Shown: piece after piece, positions 38,796 through 52,112 of the stretch
Layout of the letters: each line of letters begins with the position of its first letter
Numbering within the stretch: position 1 is the stretch's first letter
DNA from: Podarcis muralis
Lineage: Eukaryota
Assembly (NCBI RefSeq): GCF_964188315.1
Contig: NC_135664.1
Coordinates: 38,626,001-38,690,000 of the forward strand
DNA: 64,000 bases
Direction of reading: 5' to 3'
Notes under the pieces: generated by a model
What the model was told of the DNA's origin: nothing
The model's database searches: none
The model's input: the letters and a program-made list of their open reading frames with translations, nothing else
Made by a program: the position numbers and the translations under genes

Positions 38796-40884
38796 CCTTA
38801 CTGTATTTGATGGTTGTAGTTTACTTCCATTTTAAAACGATAACTTTTTAATGACAGCATAAAATAGATTCTAAAAGTGTCACACTGTCAGGTAATCATG
38901 ATCATATTATTTACACTTCCCAGGCAATATAATTTGTAAACTCAAGGTGCTTTTTTCAGGATAACATAATTACAAAAGTTTTTCAGTGTTAATTCTATGC
39001 ATTTTTAAAAATCACCATGGTATTTAAGTTAACAATAACATCTTATGTCCTTTAGAGGAGAAATTGAGAATTGCAGAATTTTAAATACCCATCATCATCC
39101 TTCGCTTCACTCAATTTTATTTGCGCATAGAGGTCCCCAAGACACCCCCCCCCCAAAGAAAAACACAATTGACACTTAATTTTTGTTTAAGGTTTTTGGC
39201 ATAATTTTGGCCACAACTTTATTCAAATTACAGCAATGTGAGTGGTTGCTTAGGCATTGGTAGCACTAACTGACCCCGCATGGGGACAGCTCTGACATTT
39301 GCACCCCCCGCAAAGTCAGCAAGGGTAAGTCACCTGGGGAGACAGACGGGACTGGGAACCATGCCTCACTTCTCCCCAGAATGCTCCCAGGGGCTTGCGT
39401 GGCCCTAGCCCCTTGCCAGGGGGTTTCGTACAAAAGCATGGAAAACCCTTGAAGCAGCAGCATTTTGGAGGGGCAGGCACAGCCAAATCCATACCCCTCC
39501 ACCAACCAATTCCAAGACCAATGCCTAACCGCAAAGCTTACAAGTTGTGACGATTTGCTACGCAGTAGGCAAAAACCAAGTGGCACACACTAATCAGCCA
39601 AATGGACAAAATTCCTACCAGCCCCCTGCCCCAAAGCAAACGACCCCATGACAGGCATAGCAAGGTCAAGCAAACAGCCTAAAATTAGGGAAGGGAGGGC
39701 GGGTGATCCAAAGTAAGCAGCGAAAAGAGGAAGTTCCTCACCGCAAGCATTGTATTTAACAAATAGGGCTGTCAATCAACAAATGGCAACATCTAGATTT
39801 CCCCAGTAACAGCCCGCCCCTGCTTAAAGGATGGCAAAACCATTTGCCTAGTAACAGTGAGGTGTCTTGTCAGCCCCGCCCACAACCTGTGCTTTCCATG
39901 AGGGAGAACACACTTTAGAACACTTCCATTTTCTTCTAGTCATGAGGATGGGGGATTGGGGGGGGGGCTCTCTTCATCTAAATCCAGCCCTGTCTGTGAA
40001 GGGAATAGGGGCCTCCTAACAACTCTCAGCACCCTTAACAAACTACATTTCCTAAGCTCCTTTGGGGGGAAGCCATGTAGTAGTAGTGCAGATGGAGTCA
40101 GGGAGGGGAAATCCTGAAAAAGACCAATGACTTAGCATGTTCAATGGACACAGAATGCTGACACAGAATGTTGGAGGTGAAGAGAAACCAGAAAACTAGG
40201 AGGGAAGGGGTGGATGAAATGGAGTATCTTGAAAGAGGGCTTGGCCAGCTTGCTCTAATCCTGAACAGAAGCACTCCACAGCACAATGCTTCTCTGCAGG
40301 CCCCCTTGTTAATATTTGATTCTCAAACAAAGTAACTGACATGGGACTTCTCCCAGTCAAAAGGTCTGTGGAAGGCTGCAAAAAGGCTGTGATGGAAAGG
40401 TTGACAGTTGCAAGCGGTTGCTAATCTACAAGAGAAGTCAGCTTGACACAGGTCGAAGTTTAGAAATGTGAAAGTATACCAATACATTTCTCTCAGTACC
40501 CACTCAATTTACCCCTCCCTCACACACAAAACACTGGTAACTCAAACAGTGCACACTTGTAAGCCTCCTCCCACCTGTTCTGCACGCAGTCACATTCCCC
40601 ATTGTTATGCTGTGCCGCACAGATTACACTCCCCCATCCCGTTGGCTTGCTATCCAGAACTAACATTTAACTCCCTAGTTCCCATGCTGCCTTAAGGCTG
40701 TGCTGGCTGCTACATAATATTGGTAGCAGCAGCCTAATTCAAAGGAAAGCTGCAGGGATTGGGGAAGGGTTGGTGTGACTATTAAAAGTACGCTTTCTCA
40801 AATGTACCAAGTATTTTATAGTCTGAATATTGTCTATTTATGTTTTGCATTGACAGAATTAAAAATGTGTGAAGCACACAGGAA

Positions 40885-41040
40885 CTTTGAGAGCTGCTTT
40901 ATACTAAGTTCATCTTAGCTCAGTTGTCTGCATTGACTGGCTGTGACTCTCCAGATCTCTTCCAGATGAACCTGGAGATGCTGGAGATTGAAGCTGGAAC
41001 CTTCTGCATGCAAAACATAGATGCTGTACCACTGAGCCAC
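40885..41040 (-). mobile_element. tRNA-derived squamate SINE (Squam2-like)
   Basis: Minus strand gtggctcagtggtacagcatctatgttttgcatgcagaaggttccagcttcaatctccagcatctccagg plus 3' body; homologous to 46800 and 62080. Confidence 0.72.
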
Positions 41041-44000
41041 ACACCTTTCCTTGTATTTTTCACTTTTCATCCTGTTTAATGTTTATAACAACGTCATGGT
41101 AGTATTGTTGTTTTGCTGATTAAAAAAAGAATGAGTTAGTGACTGTGGGTGTCACCATTGGGTGGCCCCAGAGATCTCAATCTTTTGCAGGAAGCCCTAA
41201 ATATAGCTTGGCCTCTACAGTGAATGGGAGAGAGTTTTCCAGAGCCTGAGAAGGCTGACACAGGGGACAGAGAGCAGGAAGCCAGAAGAAGAAGAAATTA
41301 GTTTGTTGTCCTCTCACTTTTTTATGCCGCAAGAGCTGTGTGTGCTGGGGGTAAGGATAATAAAATCCTGACAGAAACAAGTCAACGTTTGTCCCACGTC
41401 CGGAATGGAAATCAGTCCAGCAAATATGATCAGTATTTGCTGTTGACACTTTCTTTCCTCAAATGATACAGATTGTTTTACGTCTCCCGCATCCCATTTG
41501 TATTATGTTACCCATGCATTGAAATGAATAGGGTAGATTAAACATAATGGAAACATTTAAAAAATGATTCTGGATCTTTGGGTGACATCTGTGTGGGCAT
41601 GAGCCAATTGTGCCCAAGTCACTGTGGATCAGACTATTCCCAATCCATGTCCCTTTTGCATTTGTCCATTCCATCTCACTTTCACATCCATCTATGAATT
41701 GTTTATTTTAGGGGGGGGAATCCATATTTAAATCCAGCTTTCTTTGAACAGAGAGCTGCATTGCAGCATTTCAAGACACACAAAAGCCAATGGATAGTAC
41801 TGTATGTTCCATTCCACATGTTTGTCTGGGAGGTACAGGTCATGTTGTTAATTCATATTGCAATTCCAAACAGCAAATTCCTCAGGTATTCCTAGAATTC
41901 TGCTGCATATAGAGCCAGTAGTTGTGACACACATTCACATTAGAGACTCATTGTTTTTATGCGACTCATTCGAACAGTCATGAGCTATCATGGAGGTTTT
42001 TCTACGAAAAAAATGAAGTGTTGGAGTGACCATCATTTTGGCAAAGTATAGTTCTGCATAGATATAATTGTGAAACAGTGAGCTGCAACCAATGTTAGTC
42101 ATATTCAGAGTAGGCCAATTGGGTGATTTTTAAGTTTTATTCAGAATAGATCTACTGAAATTAATGGTCCTAACTTTGTCATGTTAATTACTTTCAATGG
42201 GTCTACACTGTGTAAAACTTAGTTGAATACCACCCAGTGAAATTAATGGACACGATTAATTCAGACCCATTAATTTTAGCAGGTCTATTCTAAGTAGAAC
42301 TTGGTTGCCTACAACCCAGTGATACTATTTTATTTTTGCAGCTATCAATTTAAGTACATCGATTCATAACATAGGGAAAGGAAAGAGTGAAAGACCCAGT
42401 CTGACAACATTATTTCTGAATGTGTCACCAGATACAAAATAAATATCTGCCACCTTTTGGGATGTTTACATAGCCCGAGATGCCGTATAAATGCCATTCT
42501 GAGCTCACAAACTGGCTGTTAAAATAGAACGTATATATAAATTGCAACAGAGGCAACAGGTGAGCACTAAATGTCAACAAATTCTGAGCTGTATTTGCCT
42601 TAAGTTTCAGCAATCATAAAAAGTTAGTCCCACAAATGGAACAGAGTTTCTGAAGGTGTTTCGATATTCTGTGGCTAAAATGAAAAGCAAAGTGACCCAT
42701 GATGATTATGCACATTAACACAAGAGTTATCAAGTACAACTGATAGCTTTACAAATAACTAGCAGGTGCTGATAAAAAAGAGAAAGGAGCAATCTACCAG
42801 GAACTATTCAGCTCTATGGAACTATTTGACACCTGTTTGAAATCTCACCTCCATATACCTGACCACAGCAGAAGTGGTCAACCCATCTATTTTATCTAGT
42901 ATTGCTTAAGATAATAGTACAGGCTGCTGCATTGATACAGAAATCCTGCAAAGCTTCGGGGAGGATATTCTGGATGCCAAGATTTCTATGGGCTTCTATG
43001 GCTGAAAAAAATGGAATGCCACCCCTCACCATGTCCCTAAACATTTATTAGTATTTTTCTCTGCTGCACAAATGAATCCATCGATTATATTGTTGTTAAT
43101 TTAACCTAGGGTCATTTCCATTTGGCACATGTTTTGAATATTCATAGTAGGTCAAAATCTTTATTTCACCAACCAAAGCATCATGAAATAGGGTGAAAGG
43201 CTGCAAGTTCTCCAGAACTCTCCATCAAGTTATGGAGTAGACAAAGAACTTTTTTGGGGGGGAGGGGTGGTGGTTGATGGTAGCACCATGAGTTTGCATC
43301 TGGTCAATGTCTTAAAATGGAAAATAGCAGGAGGCAGCAGATAGTAGAAGCCAAAGTAGCAATAGTGCCATATGATGTGAGATATTGTTATTGCATCACC
43401 CTCCTGGCTATGGAGATATTGCTGCTCCCTGGTATGGGCCAATCAGGTGTTAGCAAGGGCAAATAAGCACAAGACTGGCAGCAGGTGGAGGGGGTATAAC
43501 ACTTGGGCCCACAGCTGCTGCCAATCCATGGCTTCCTCCACCCTCACTGCTGCTCCACCTCATCCTTAGCAAGGGACAGCACCACTGCAGGCAGGAAGGT
43601 GCTCCAGTAGTGGCATCCCACCTTACGTAACATGAATGCCATTTGGATAACTCTACTTTTTAGTTGGAGTGGAATTTCTCTTAGGGAATAAAGTCCAATC
43701 TTCACAAGATCCTCTTCCTCCAGTTTATGGTTCCGCTGTTCAATGGTGAAATTCAGTATTTTCCACATCACATAAAATATTTCCCCTCTATTCACTTTTT
43801 AAAAAACCTAGCATATCACCTTGAATTAATTTCCACATTGGTTGACATTAAGACTGCCTAGGTTTACTTTATTTGTGCTTTCCACCTATCAGAGAACCTG
43901 TGTTTTCTCTCATGTGTGAAGATCTGGTTTAATAACAGCCTTAGTAACAGCCGTTTTTTGTATTGGGAGAGATGGGGAAATCGGCTGTTGTTCTGTTGGC

Positions 44001-44877
44001 CACTGAATAAGGATGAGAAATTGAAGCAAATAACACTATAACAGAATAATTTCTATAACACAAAATAAAATAATTTCTATAACACAAATTGTTAATGGCT
44101 ACTTTTAGGCACACAACTTTAAGGGTCCTTGAGAATGAAAACCTGGAAACCTCACAAGAGCTAAATAATGGCAGGGAGCAGTAACTTTGCAAGAAATGAA
44201 AAGAGCAGTTGTAACATGTGATTATGTGATAAAAGGTTGTATCATACTCTGGCTAAGCATTTTTAAATTCCAAAGGATTCATTTTGAAATGTTGCTCTGC
44301 TTCTAAGGTGGTTGGGTGTGCATGGTATATGTCTGTATCTTTAGACAGCTTCCTGGAGCAGCTTTAATCCTAAACAGGAATAGTTGCCTAGAGAGTGGAA
44401 ATATCTAAGCAAAGGATGGGCAGGAATCTGCCAGGAAATGCTTTATGCATAGGATGTCCTGCTACAGGGCAGGGACTTGTGCCAGATGATTCACTACATT
44501 CCCTTCCAACCCCACAGCTGTGCTTCTATGATATACCCACCCTAAATGAAACCTGCATCAGCCTTGATTTCCTTCAGTTGTCATATGACATGCTTTCTAA
44601 ATTTCATAAACAAATACCAAGAAGAAGTTTAAGGAACCTCCAACTTCAAGAATGCTTGTATTGTTTTGAAGCTAATCTGTGTCACCATTACGGTTCATGT
44701 TAAGCACAACAGTCCTATTTTCAGTTTTTAGAGACCCACTATAAGGCTTCTGGTTGTGGCTACTGCTTTTTAGCCTGGGGAACACCTTCACTCTTGGCAA
44801 ACCCTCCAGAGGTCATATGCCAGTGGTGCATTTGGCCACCATACACTTGCGCACACTCACTCATATACATGCAAAAA

Positions 44878-45030
44878 AGGTAAAGGTTAAGTCCAGTCAA
44901 AGGTGACTATGGGGTGCAGTACTCATCTCACTTTCAGGCCGAAGGAGCTGGTGTTTGTCCACAGACAGCTTTCCGGGTCATGTGGCCAACATGACTAAAA
45001 TGCTTCTGGTGCAACGGAACACCATTTACA
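44878..45030 (-). mobile_element. Sauria-type SINE, 5'-truncated older copy
   Basis: Tail aggtaaagg plus the 3' body (ctcatctc...gggtcatgtggccaacatgactaa...cttctgg); the head is missing. Confidence 0.8.
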
Positions 45031-46799
45031 TGGCCCCATTCTGATGCAGATCAACTGAGAAGATTGTTCATCACTGGGGATGTCAGAGGAAACTGTTCAA
45101 ATGCCCTAGCAATCTGTTTCCTTCCATCAACTCAGTTTGCATAGACTTGTGCAAAATAAACCAATTGCAACACTGGAAAGTCAAACCAGATGAAAAGGTG
45201 AACGAATATCATAGCTGAATGAGACATGTTTGTACATACCTAGTTATCATCCCCTCTGTGCTCCTCAAATGATTGATCTGATGACTTGGGAGGGAGAGAT
45301 GTGCTATGTAACTCTGTCCTAGACAAATTGCTGTTGCAGACCAGCCCTTTAATCTTCTCAATAGAGGAATAATAATAATGAGATATGAATACTGAATACA
45401 ATTATGGTAACAATTTTAAGTTGTACTTGAGAATGTACATTTATTTATTTATTACCTTAAGCAATCTGGAGGAGTCTGTGGAGACAGAGGTTTGGCAAGA
45501 TACAAAAAAATAAAAATAAAAATGGTGATAATAGCTAGAGAAGGAGGCTGGCAGCTTTGGTGTCTCAGCTGTGCCAAACTAAAGAGTAATATAGGAACCA
45601 TGGGAGAAACAGCAAACTTGCTTACAGAAAGAGAGAGAGAGATGTAAGAACAGTGGAAATAACATTTTTTTAAAAAGAAAAGTACTCTTATTAGCACCAC
45701 TTGATCTTTACTATTTTTTTTCTGATAGGGACTGACCTGATCTTCCCTTATCACATAACACAGTTTTCCATGAGCTTTCACACTTCCCAAATGTTTTGAT
45801 GCAGTTTTCAGTTCAAAAAGCATGCTCAGAACAAAACACATTTTATAATGTGGTCTTAAATAGGTATTAAAGGGTGCAATCATATGATCCGTGGGAGGCC
45901 ATATGACTTTGCAGGTGTTTCTGTTTCATGTCAGCCATGACACAGAGAAAGGATCACATAGAAAGGGTATGTGAAAGGGTATATAGGAAAAACTTGGCAG
46001 AGAAAAGGAAAAGGGCATTTCGGGGACTGATTAGGAGTGGCGTTGGATTCAGTGAATTCCAAGCCCTCCCATTATCTCAGTATGCCATGATGGTGGTAGA
46101 TGGAATAAATGCCAGCCTTGGACGTGGCATACTAACCCCTCCCAACCTTTTACCCTGGCAGGCATGAGACTGGCTGGGCTTGGGAACTGGTAGTTCTATT
46201 GCCTCCTCCAACCTCATCGGTTTGCTTTGCCCATGAGAATTTGAAAACAACAACACATTAACACAGAAATAGGATGAAACGGACTTATGGAAAGCTGACA
46301 CAGACCAGAAACAGACTGATTCACTCATCCTTAAGCACTATTAGATATTTCATATAAGGCTGATGCAAATATCTCAGCCTAAGGAGATAATGTAGTAAAT
46401 TTGAATGGAAGCCCAGTAGGCAAGGTAGAAATCCATGAATAGTTACAGAGAAGATAAAATAGGAATGTAAGAAGAGGTTGCCTTGTACTTTTATAATTTC
46501 CTGGCAGTCTTCCATGTCTTGATCTGCTTTCCAGAATGGGTAGCGTACCATGGCCTAAGGTGTTTTTGTTTTTTTTGTTTTTTTAACAATAATTACACTT
46601 CAAAATGAAATTTGGTAGACAATAAGGAGTATTCACTGACACGGCTCCAATTCTAAAATAGAATCTCAGTGGCTTATTGTTCCATATTTGATTATGCAAG
46701 ACAGGGTGAGCCTTGGATGACCATTATGATAATCTGATATGCTGTCCTTTGCTTAACCAGGAGTAGTGTCAACAGCAATTGTTGTTGAAACGAAAGCTA

Positions 46800-47260
46800 T
46801 TGCAGCAACAGATGTTCTCAAATTCCAGAAGGCTCCAAGTTCAATCCCTGAGAAAGACCCCTGAAACCCTGAAGAGTCACTGCCAGAGTGTAGACAGTAC
46901 TGAAGGAGATGGAACCAATAGTCTGATTCAGTGTAAGGCAGATTTCTGAGTGTTTCCAAAAACTCTGCCACCACAGTAGCTGGATAGGATTGGGAAATGT
47001 TTCTGTTGCAGGTTCAATCCCTGACAAACCATGGAGAGATGGTGCTAGTCAGTGTAAACAATACCAGTCTAGGTGGATCTATGACAGGCTTCCTCAAACT
47101 TGGCCCTCCAGATGTTTTGAGACTACAATTCCCATCATCCCTGACCACTGGTCCTGCTAGTTAGGGATCATGGGAGTCGTAGGCCAAAAACATCTGGAGG
47201 GCCGAGTTTGAGGAACCCTGATCTATGGCCTGACTCAGGAGGATGTCAGCTTCCTATGTT
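46800..47260 (+). mobile_element. Two adjacent tRNA-derived SINE copies (Squam2-like); the second is interrupted by a hAT MITE
   Basis: Repeated ...ttcaatccctga...gccag(tc)agtgta(g/a)aca...ctgactcag...cagcttcctatgttc segments. Confidence 0.65.
47085..47220. mobile_element. Palindromic hAT MITE (136 bp), same family
   Basis: caggcttcctcaaact...agtttgaggaaccctg; TSD atctatga/atctatgg. Confidence 0.85.
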
Positions 47261-49647
47261 CCCTCTGCTCCTACAGTACATCAATCATGAACCCACAGTA
47301 CCCATGCAAGTAAGGCACTAATCAACAGCTGATGACAATGGGAATGTCAGACAATGTCATCCTACCTAGGTTACGCCCCTTCCATATAAAATCCACAAGA
47401 ATGCAGGTGGGAAATCTCTGCTTAGAGCTTCTTGTGGTCTCATGGTTAGCAGGGCTAAATGGAGGCTTCTCAGGAGAAGGCCTCATGTTTTTGAGATACT
47501 CTCTGTTACACACAGAGACATACAAGTTCAGAACACAGACTGCAACACGTATCTAGTTATATATGTCGGAGATGAACAAGCCCTGCTTCAAGAGGGAGGG
47601 GTGAAAGCCATATGGCTAAGAAAGACTGAAAGCTACAGTAGCACACAGGAGGCAACAGCACCAACAGACTATTCACTCAGTAGGAAAGAAAAGACTTTGT
47701 GAAACAGGCACTGTGGATTTGAGCTCCACTGCTGAGAGATGCTAATGCATCCTTCACAAGGCAAAGCCCAACTTTTGGGCGTGCTGACAGCAAAAATAAC
47801 ATTAATTTATTCAACAGGTAATAGAAGGTAGAGTTCCATGGATGCAGGATGGGGGACCTGTAGCCTTCCAGATGTTGTTGGGGCTCCCACCATTCCAAGC
47901 TAGCAGGACCAAGTGTCAGGGATGATGGGAACATCATCCAGGAACATCTGCAGAGCCACAGGTTCCTAGCCCTGCACTAGAGCAACTCATAAACTATAGA
48001 GCAGACAAAAGAATGCCTTATGATATGATTATGTGTATTCTCCTAGCCAATGACACAACCCCTTGCCAGCCTCTCACCCATTCCATATAGAACAGAACTG
48101 AAGCAGAAGAGGATTTAGGAGTGATTGTATCTGCCCCAGCCTGCACAACCCTGGATTTATTATCATTTACGGTCATTTGGTTTCCTTTACCGCTTCTTTC
48201 ATGTAAAGCATGCTATTAATTCAAAACTTATCAAGCAGTGCCATGCAGCTGTAATATCTCAGACATCTGTTCTTTGTCATCTCACATTTCAGAAAATTAA
48301 GTCAGTAAGATCTAATATCGTATGGTCTTTTCAGGCAAATTACATCATAATTCTTTAATTATAGCTAATCCTGGTAATACCCAGCAAAGAAGCTCTGAAC
48401 TTAGCTTCTGCTTGTTCAGTAACCATTTAATACCATAAGGGGTTGCGTTTCTTTGTTCTTCTGTCCAAAAATGGAGCTTATGTAAAAATAATGATTATTA
48501 ATAATGAGTTGCCTCATTACATATGTTTGCATTAAGAAATAAGCAGCTTCCATTGCCATTTGAGGACTGATTCTACATGTTCAGAAATATAATATGGTAT
48601 GGCTCTCCTAGGACTGCGCCATTTCAGAATGCATTTCTACACAACGAAAACGAAGCCATCAAGGTAAGGAGTACTTGTCAAATGTTGTGTCTGAACTGAA
48701 GAGAAGACAACATGTATGTATTGCTATATAAATAGATGTTAATGGGAAGCAAAGGTCTTCTGGTGAGTCCCAGCTCGGAAACCTGTGAAGTTGGAAAAGA
48801 GAGGGACCGAGAGAAGACACATAAACGACATGTATTGTTTGATCACCACTGAGTAACAAGAAGCAGCTAGCGATGGGTGGGGAATCCATGCACAGTCAGA
48901 TTTTCACTCTTGTACAGATTTACATATATGCGGTGGTCCAGTGGCTGCCTGTCCATCTTCATTAAAAAGTAATTTCAGCCACCTAAGAGCAGCTACCTGG
49001 TGTGTGGGGCTCCTGTTGCTCATGTGTGTTGAAATCAGTAGAGCAAATCCCACGGGGATTAACAGGTCTTGATGATATGCCTCACACTCTTGCAGAAATT
49101 TAGCATATTTTATGTGCATTTTACATTAAAATCTCCCTTAGAGTTTCGGGGGAAATTCAACAACAACAAAATAAAATGTGTATAAAATACACAAAATTCC
49201 CCATGGGTGATAGAACACCATCACTTAAATGGACTTGCTACATTGATTTCAATATGTGCAACAGCAGGAGACCCATTTGCTAGTTAGCTGCTTGTAGGCT
49301 GCTGTACTTACTTTTTGAACACAGGTAGGCATTTATCGGAGCCACCTGGCAAGCAGGTGGGAATTTCCCCTTTATTTTGTACATTACATTTGTGTAGATT
49401 TCTAAAGAATTATACAGATTTGTCCTCAGAAACCCGCACAGCAATGGGATGGATTGGACTCTATTCCCATTCTGTGATGAGCTGAATTTTAATTTAATTT
49501 TATTATTTATTAAATATAGTCATCGCTTGCCACCCAAAGGTCTCCAGGCAACTCACAGCAAAGAAAAATATACAATATATAATACCATAGTGTATCATAC
49601 AACAAACACCCATGGAAAAACAAAAAAGCACACATATCAGCTTTATA

Positions 49648-49866
49648 TAGCCGTACCTTGGTTCTTGAACGCCTTGTGACTCAAACCTTTTGGCTCCCAA
49701 ACGCTGCAAACCTGGAAGTGAGTATTCCAGTTTGCGAACTTTTTTGGAAGCCAAATGTCCGACGCGGAAGCTGCACCAATCAGAAGCTGCACCTTGGTTT
49801 TCGAACATTTTCAGAAGTCGAACGGACTTCCGGAACAGATTCCGTTTGAGAACCAAGGTATGACTG
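49648..49866. mobile_element. mariner/pogo-type MITE, second family (219 bp)
   Basis: TA|tagccgtaccttggttcttgaac...gtttgagaaccaaggtatgactg|TA; inserted next to a minus-strand L2-type tail. Confidence 0.82.
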
Positions 49867-50619
49867 TAGTAGCAAAAAAGAGTAATAATACTCAAATGAT
49901 AAACAAAGCAATGCTTTGATCCACTAGCAAATAAACAAAACCTCAGCCTCCTCCTAGTCTAAAAATCACGCACATCAAACCAGCAATTTCCCCCATTTAA
50001 CTTCCCCACCCCACCCTGAAGTCTGGTGTCAAGGCCAGTTGTTACAAAGCAGTGGTCAGTGGGTCTAGTGTCCTCCAGGGATGGTCTGTCATCTCTCCTC
50101 TCCCTTCGGGGGCAGCAGTAGCAAAGCAAAGCAGGAAGGTGGTAACAAAAGTTTTGCCTGCTTTGCAGTTGACCCAGCTACTGCTCCTCTCCTGCTTCAG
50201 TCTTGGCCCCTTCCCTAGAGGCAGCCCAAACAGATCTGGCGTTAGGACATGTCTCTCCTAAACTCAGGTGCTGCAGCTTCAGTGCCAACCCCCACCCCAG
50301 ATAGTATAGTATACTAACTAGCTGCCGCTTAAAGTAAAGTTTCTAAGATGAGATCACTTCTACTTTCAATCTATAGAAATCAAAGACATATTCAGGTCTG
50401 GCTTTCCCCCTGGAGTTGTCCCTATTTTTTATACTGCAAAAACTAAATAAATATGGATTTATCAAAGGGCCTTAAGGCAGAGCTGTTCAAGTTATGACTG
50501 CATTTTGTTTGAAACTCAAAGCTTTTCAAGCTCCATGCTTATGGGGTGGTGAAACTTAGGTATGCTGGGGATATTGTTTGTTATGGTATTTTCACTTTCA
50601 TGCTGGAGGTAAAAAAAGA

Positions 50620-50792
50620 NNNNNNNNNNNNNNNNNNNNNNNNNNNNNNNNNNNNNNNNNNNNNNNNNNNNNNNNNNNNNNNNNNNNNNNNNNNNNNNNN
50701 NNNNNNNNNNNNNNNNNNNNNNNNNNNNNNNNNNNNNNNNNNNNNNNNNNNNNNNNNNNNNNNNNNNNNNNNNNNNNNNNNNNNNNNNNNNN
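50620..50792. other. Assembly gap (173 N)
   Basis: Run of n characters. Confidence 0.99.
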
Positions 50793-50865
50793 AGAGACTG
50801 AATACCCACATTACTATCTTAGCTTGTTTCCAGCAAGTTCTGGTAGCATACAGATGAAGAAGATA

Positions 50866-51091
50866 CAGTGGTACCTCAGGTTAAGTACTTAATTCGTTCT
50901 GGAGGTCTGTTCTTAACCTGAAACTGTTCTTATCCTGAAGCACCACTTTAGCAAATGGGGCCTCCTGCTGCCACCGCGCCACCGGAGCACAATTTCTGTT
51001 CTCATCCTGAAGCAAAGTTCTTAACCTGAAGCACTATTTCTGGGTTAGCAGAGTCTGTAACCTGAAGCGTATGTAACCTGAGGTACCACTG
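50866..51091. mobile_element. mariner/pogo-type MITE (226-bp family)
   Basis: TA|cagtggtacctcagg...cctgaggtaccactg|TA; same body as 19352 and 59405. Confidence 0.9.
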
Positions 51092-51789
51092 TAATCACAT
51101 TTGCCATACTCATTTTAGATACCTTATGATGGAGATGCAGGAATCAAACAGGTACCGTATGTGAACAACTTCTCCAGCTGCCTGGATCAAGCGCACAAGC
51201 CTTGGTTCTCTGGGCTTGACTAATCTGTGATGACTTTTGTGCTCTGAGGCTAATGCAACATCTCAGCGGATAGAATGTTCAAAGCCCACAATGTCCGAGT
51301 TGCCTCAGATGCTGTGAATCTTGGTAGCAAAGTTCATCTATTTCTGGTCTATCTCGAACAATCAAACAGCACTGCAAACGTACAGATGAAATAACCTGTT
51401 GTTTGATAGGAAAGAGTATTTTCCATGGTCTGTTGGAGCACTATGGCCAAAGAGCAATGAACTAAGGAGAACAGTGATGCATAACTGAATCTGGATTTCA
51501 TTGCTTGAGAACACATACCCCCAAATACTTTACAGGGATAAAGCTTGAACAAATAGTCGGCCTGAAAGGAGTTAGTCTGAACAAAGCACTGACCTTTGAT
51601 GCAGTATGTTCCATGTTAGGTTGCTATCTGGGCAGTTACTCCAGGAAACTGACATGTTTGCACTTCAACATTTCAATATCGTTTACGCAGCATAACATAG
51701 TAGCTCAACCAAAGCACATTCACAAAGGACTCAGCAAAGAAGTTAGGCAAAATTATTCTTTAAAACCACCCTGATTCTGCACACATTTA

Positions 51790-52112
51790 GGCCATGTTCA
51801 CACCATACATTTAAAGCACTATGATACCACTTTGAACAGTCATGACTTCTCCCAAAGGATTCTGGGACTGTAGTTTATTAAGGGTTCTGAGAGTTGTTAG
51901 GAGAACTGTATCCCTCAAAACTACAAAGTTCCCTGTGAAGAGGGATCGGTTGTTAAAAAACCAATCTGAGAATTGTAGCTCTGGGAGAGGAAAAGAGGTT
52001 TCCTAACAACTCTCAGCCCCCTTAACAAACTACAGCTCCCAGAATTCTTTGGGGGAGCCATGATCGTTAAAGTGATATCATAGTGCTTTAAATGTATGGT
52101 GTGAATGTGGCC
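51790..52112. mobile_element. PIF/Harbinger-like MITE with about 110-bp inverted arms
   Basis: ggccatgttcacaccatacatttaaagcactatgat ... atcatagtgctttaaatgtatggtgtgaatgtggcc; 3-bp flanks tta/tca. Fragments of the same family lie at about 29465-29615, 38572-38675 and 39991-40077. Confidence 0.75.

Noticed and set aside
41305-41350. Minus-strand LLRHKK followed by gtgag, resembling the end of RASSF9 exon 1
   Set aside because: The donor would be phase 0 whereas the acceptor needs phase 2, and there is no MAPFGR-like upstream sequence.
50516-50892. ORFs spanning X runs
   Set aside because: Artefacts of the N gap.
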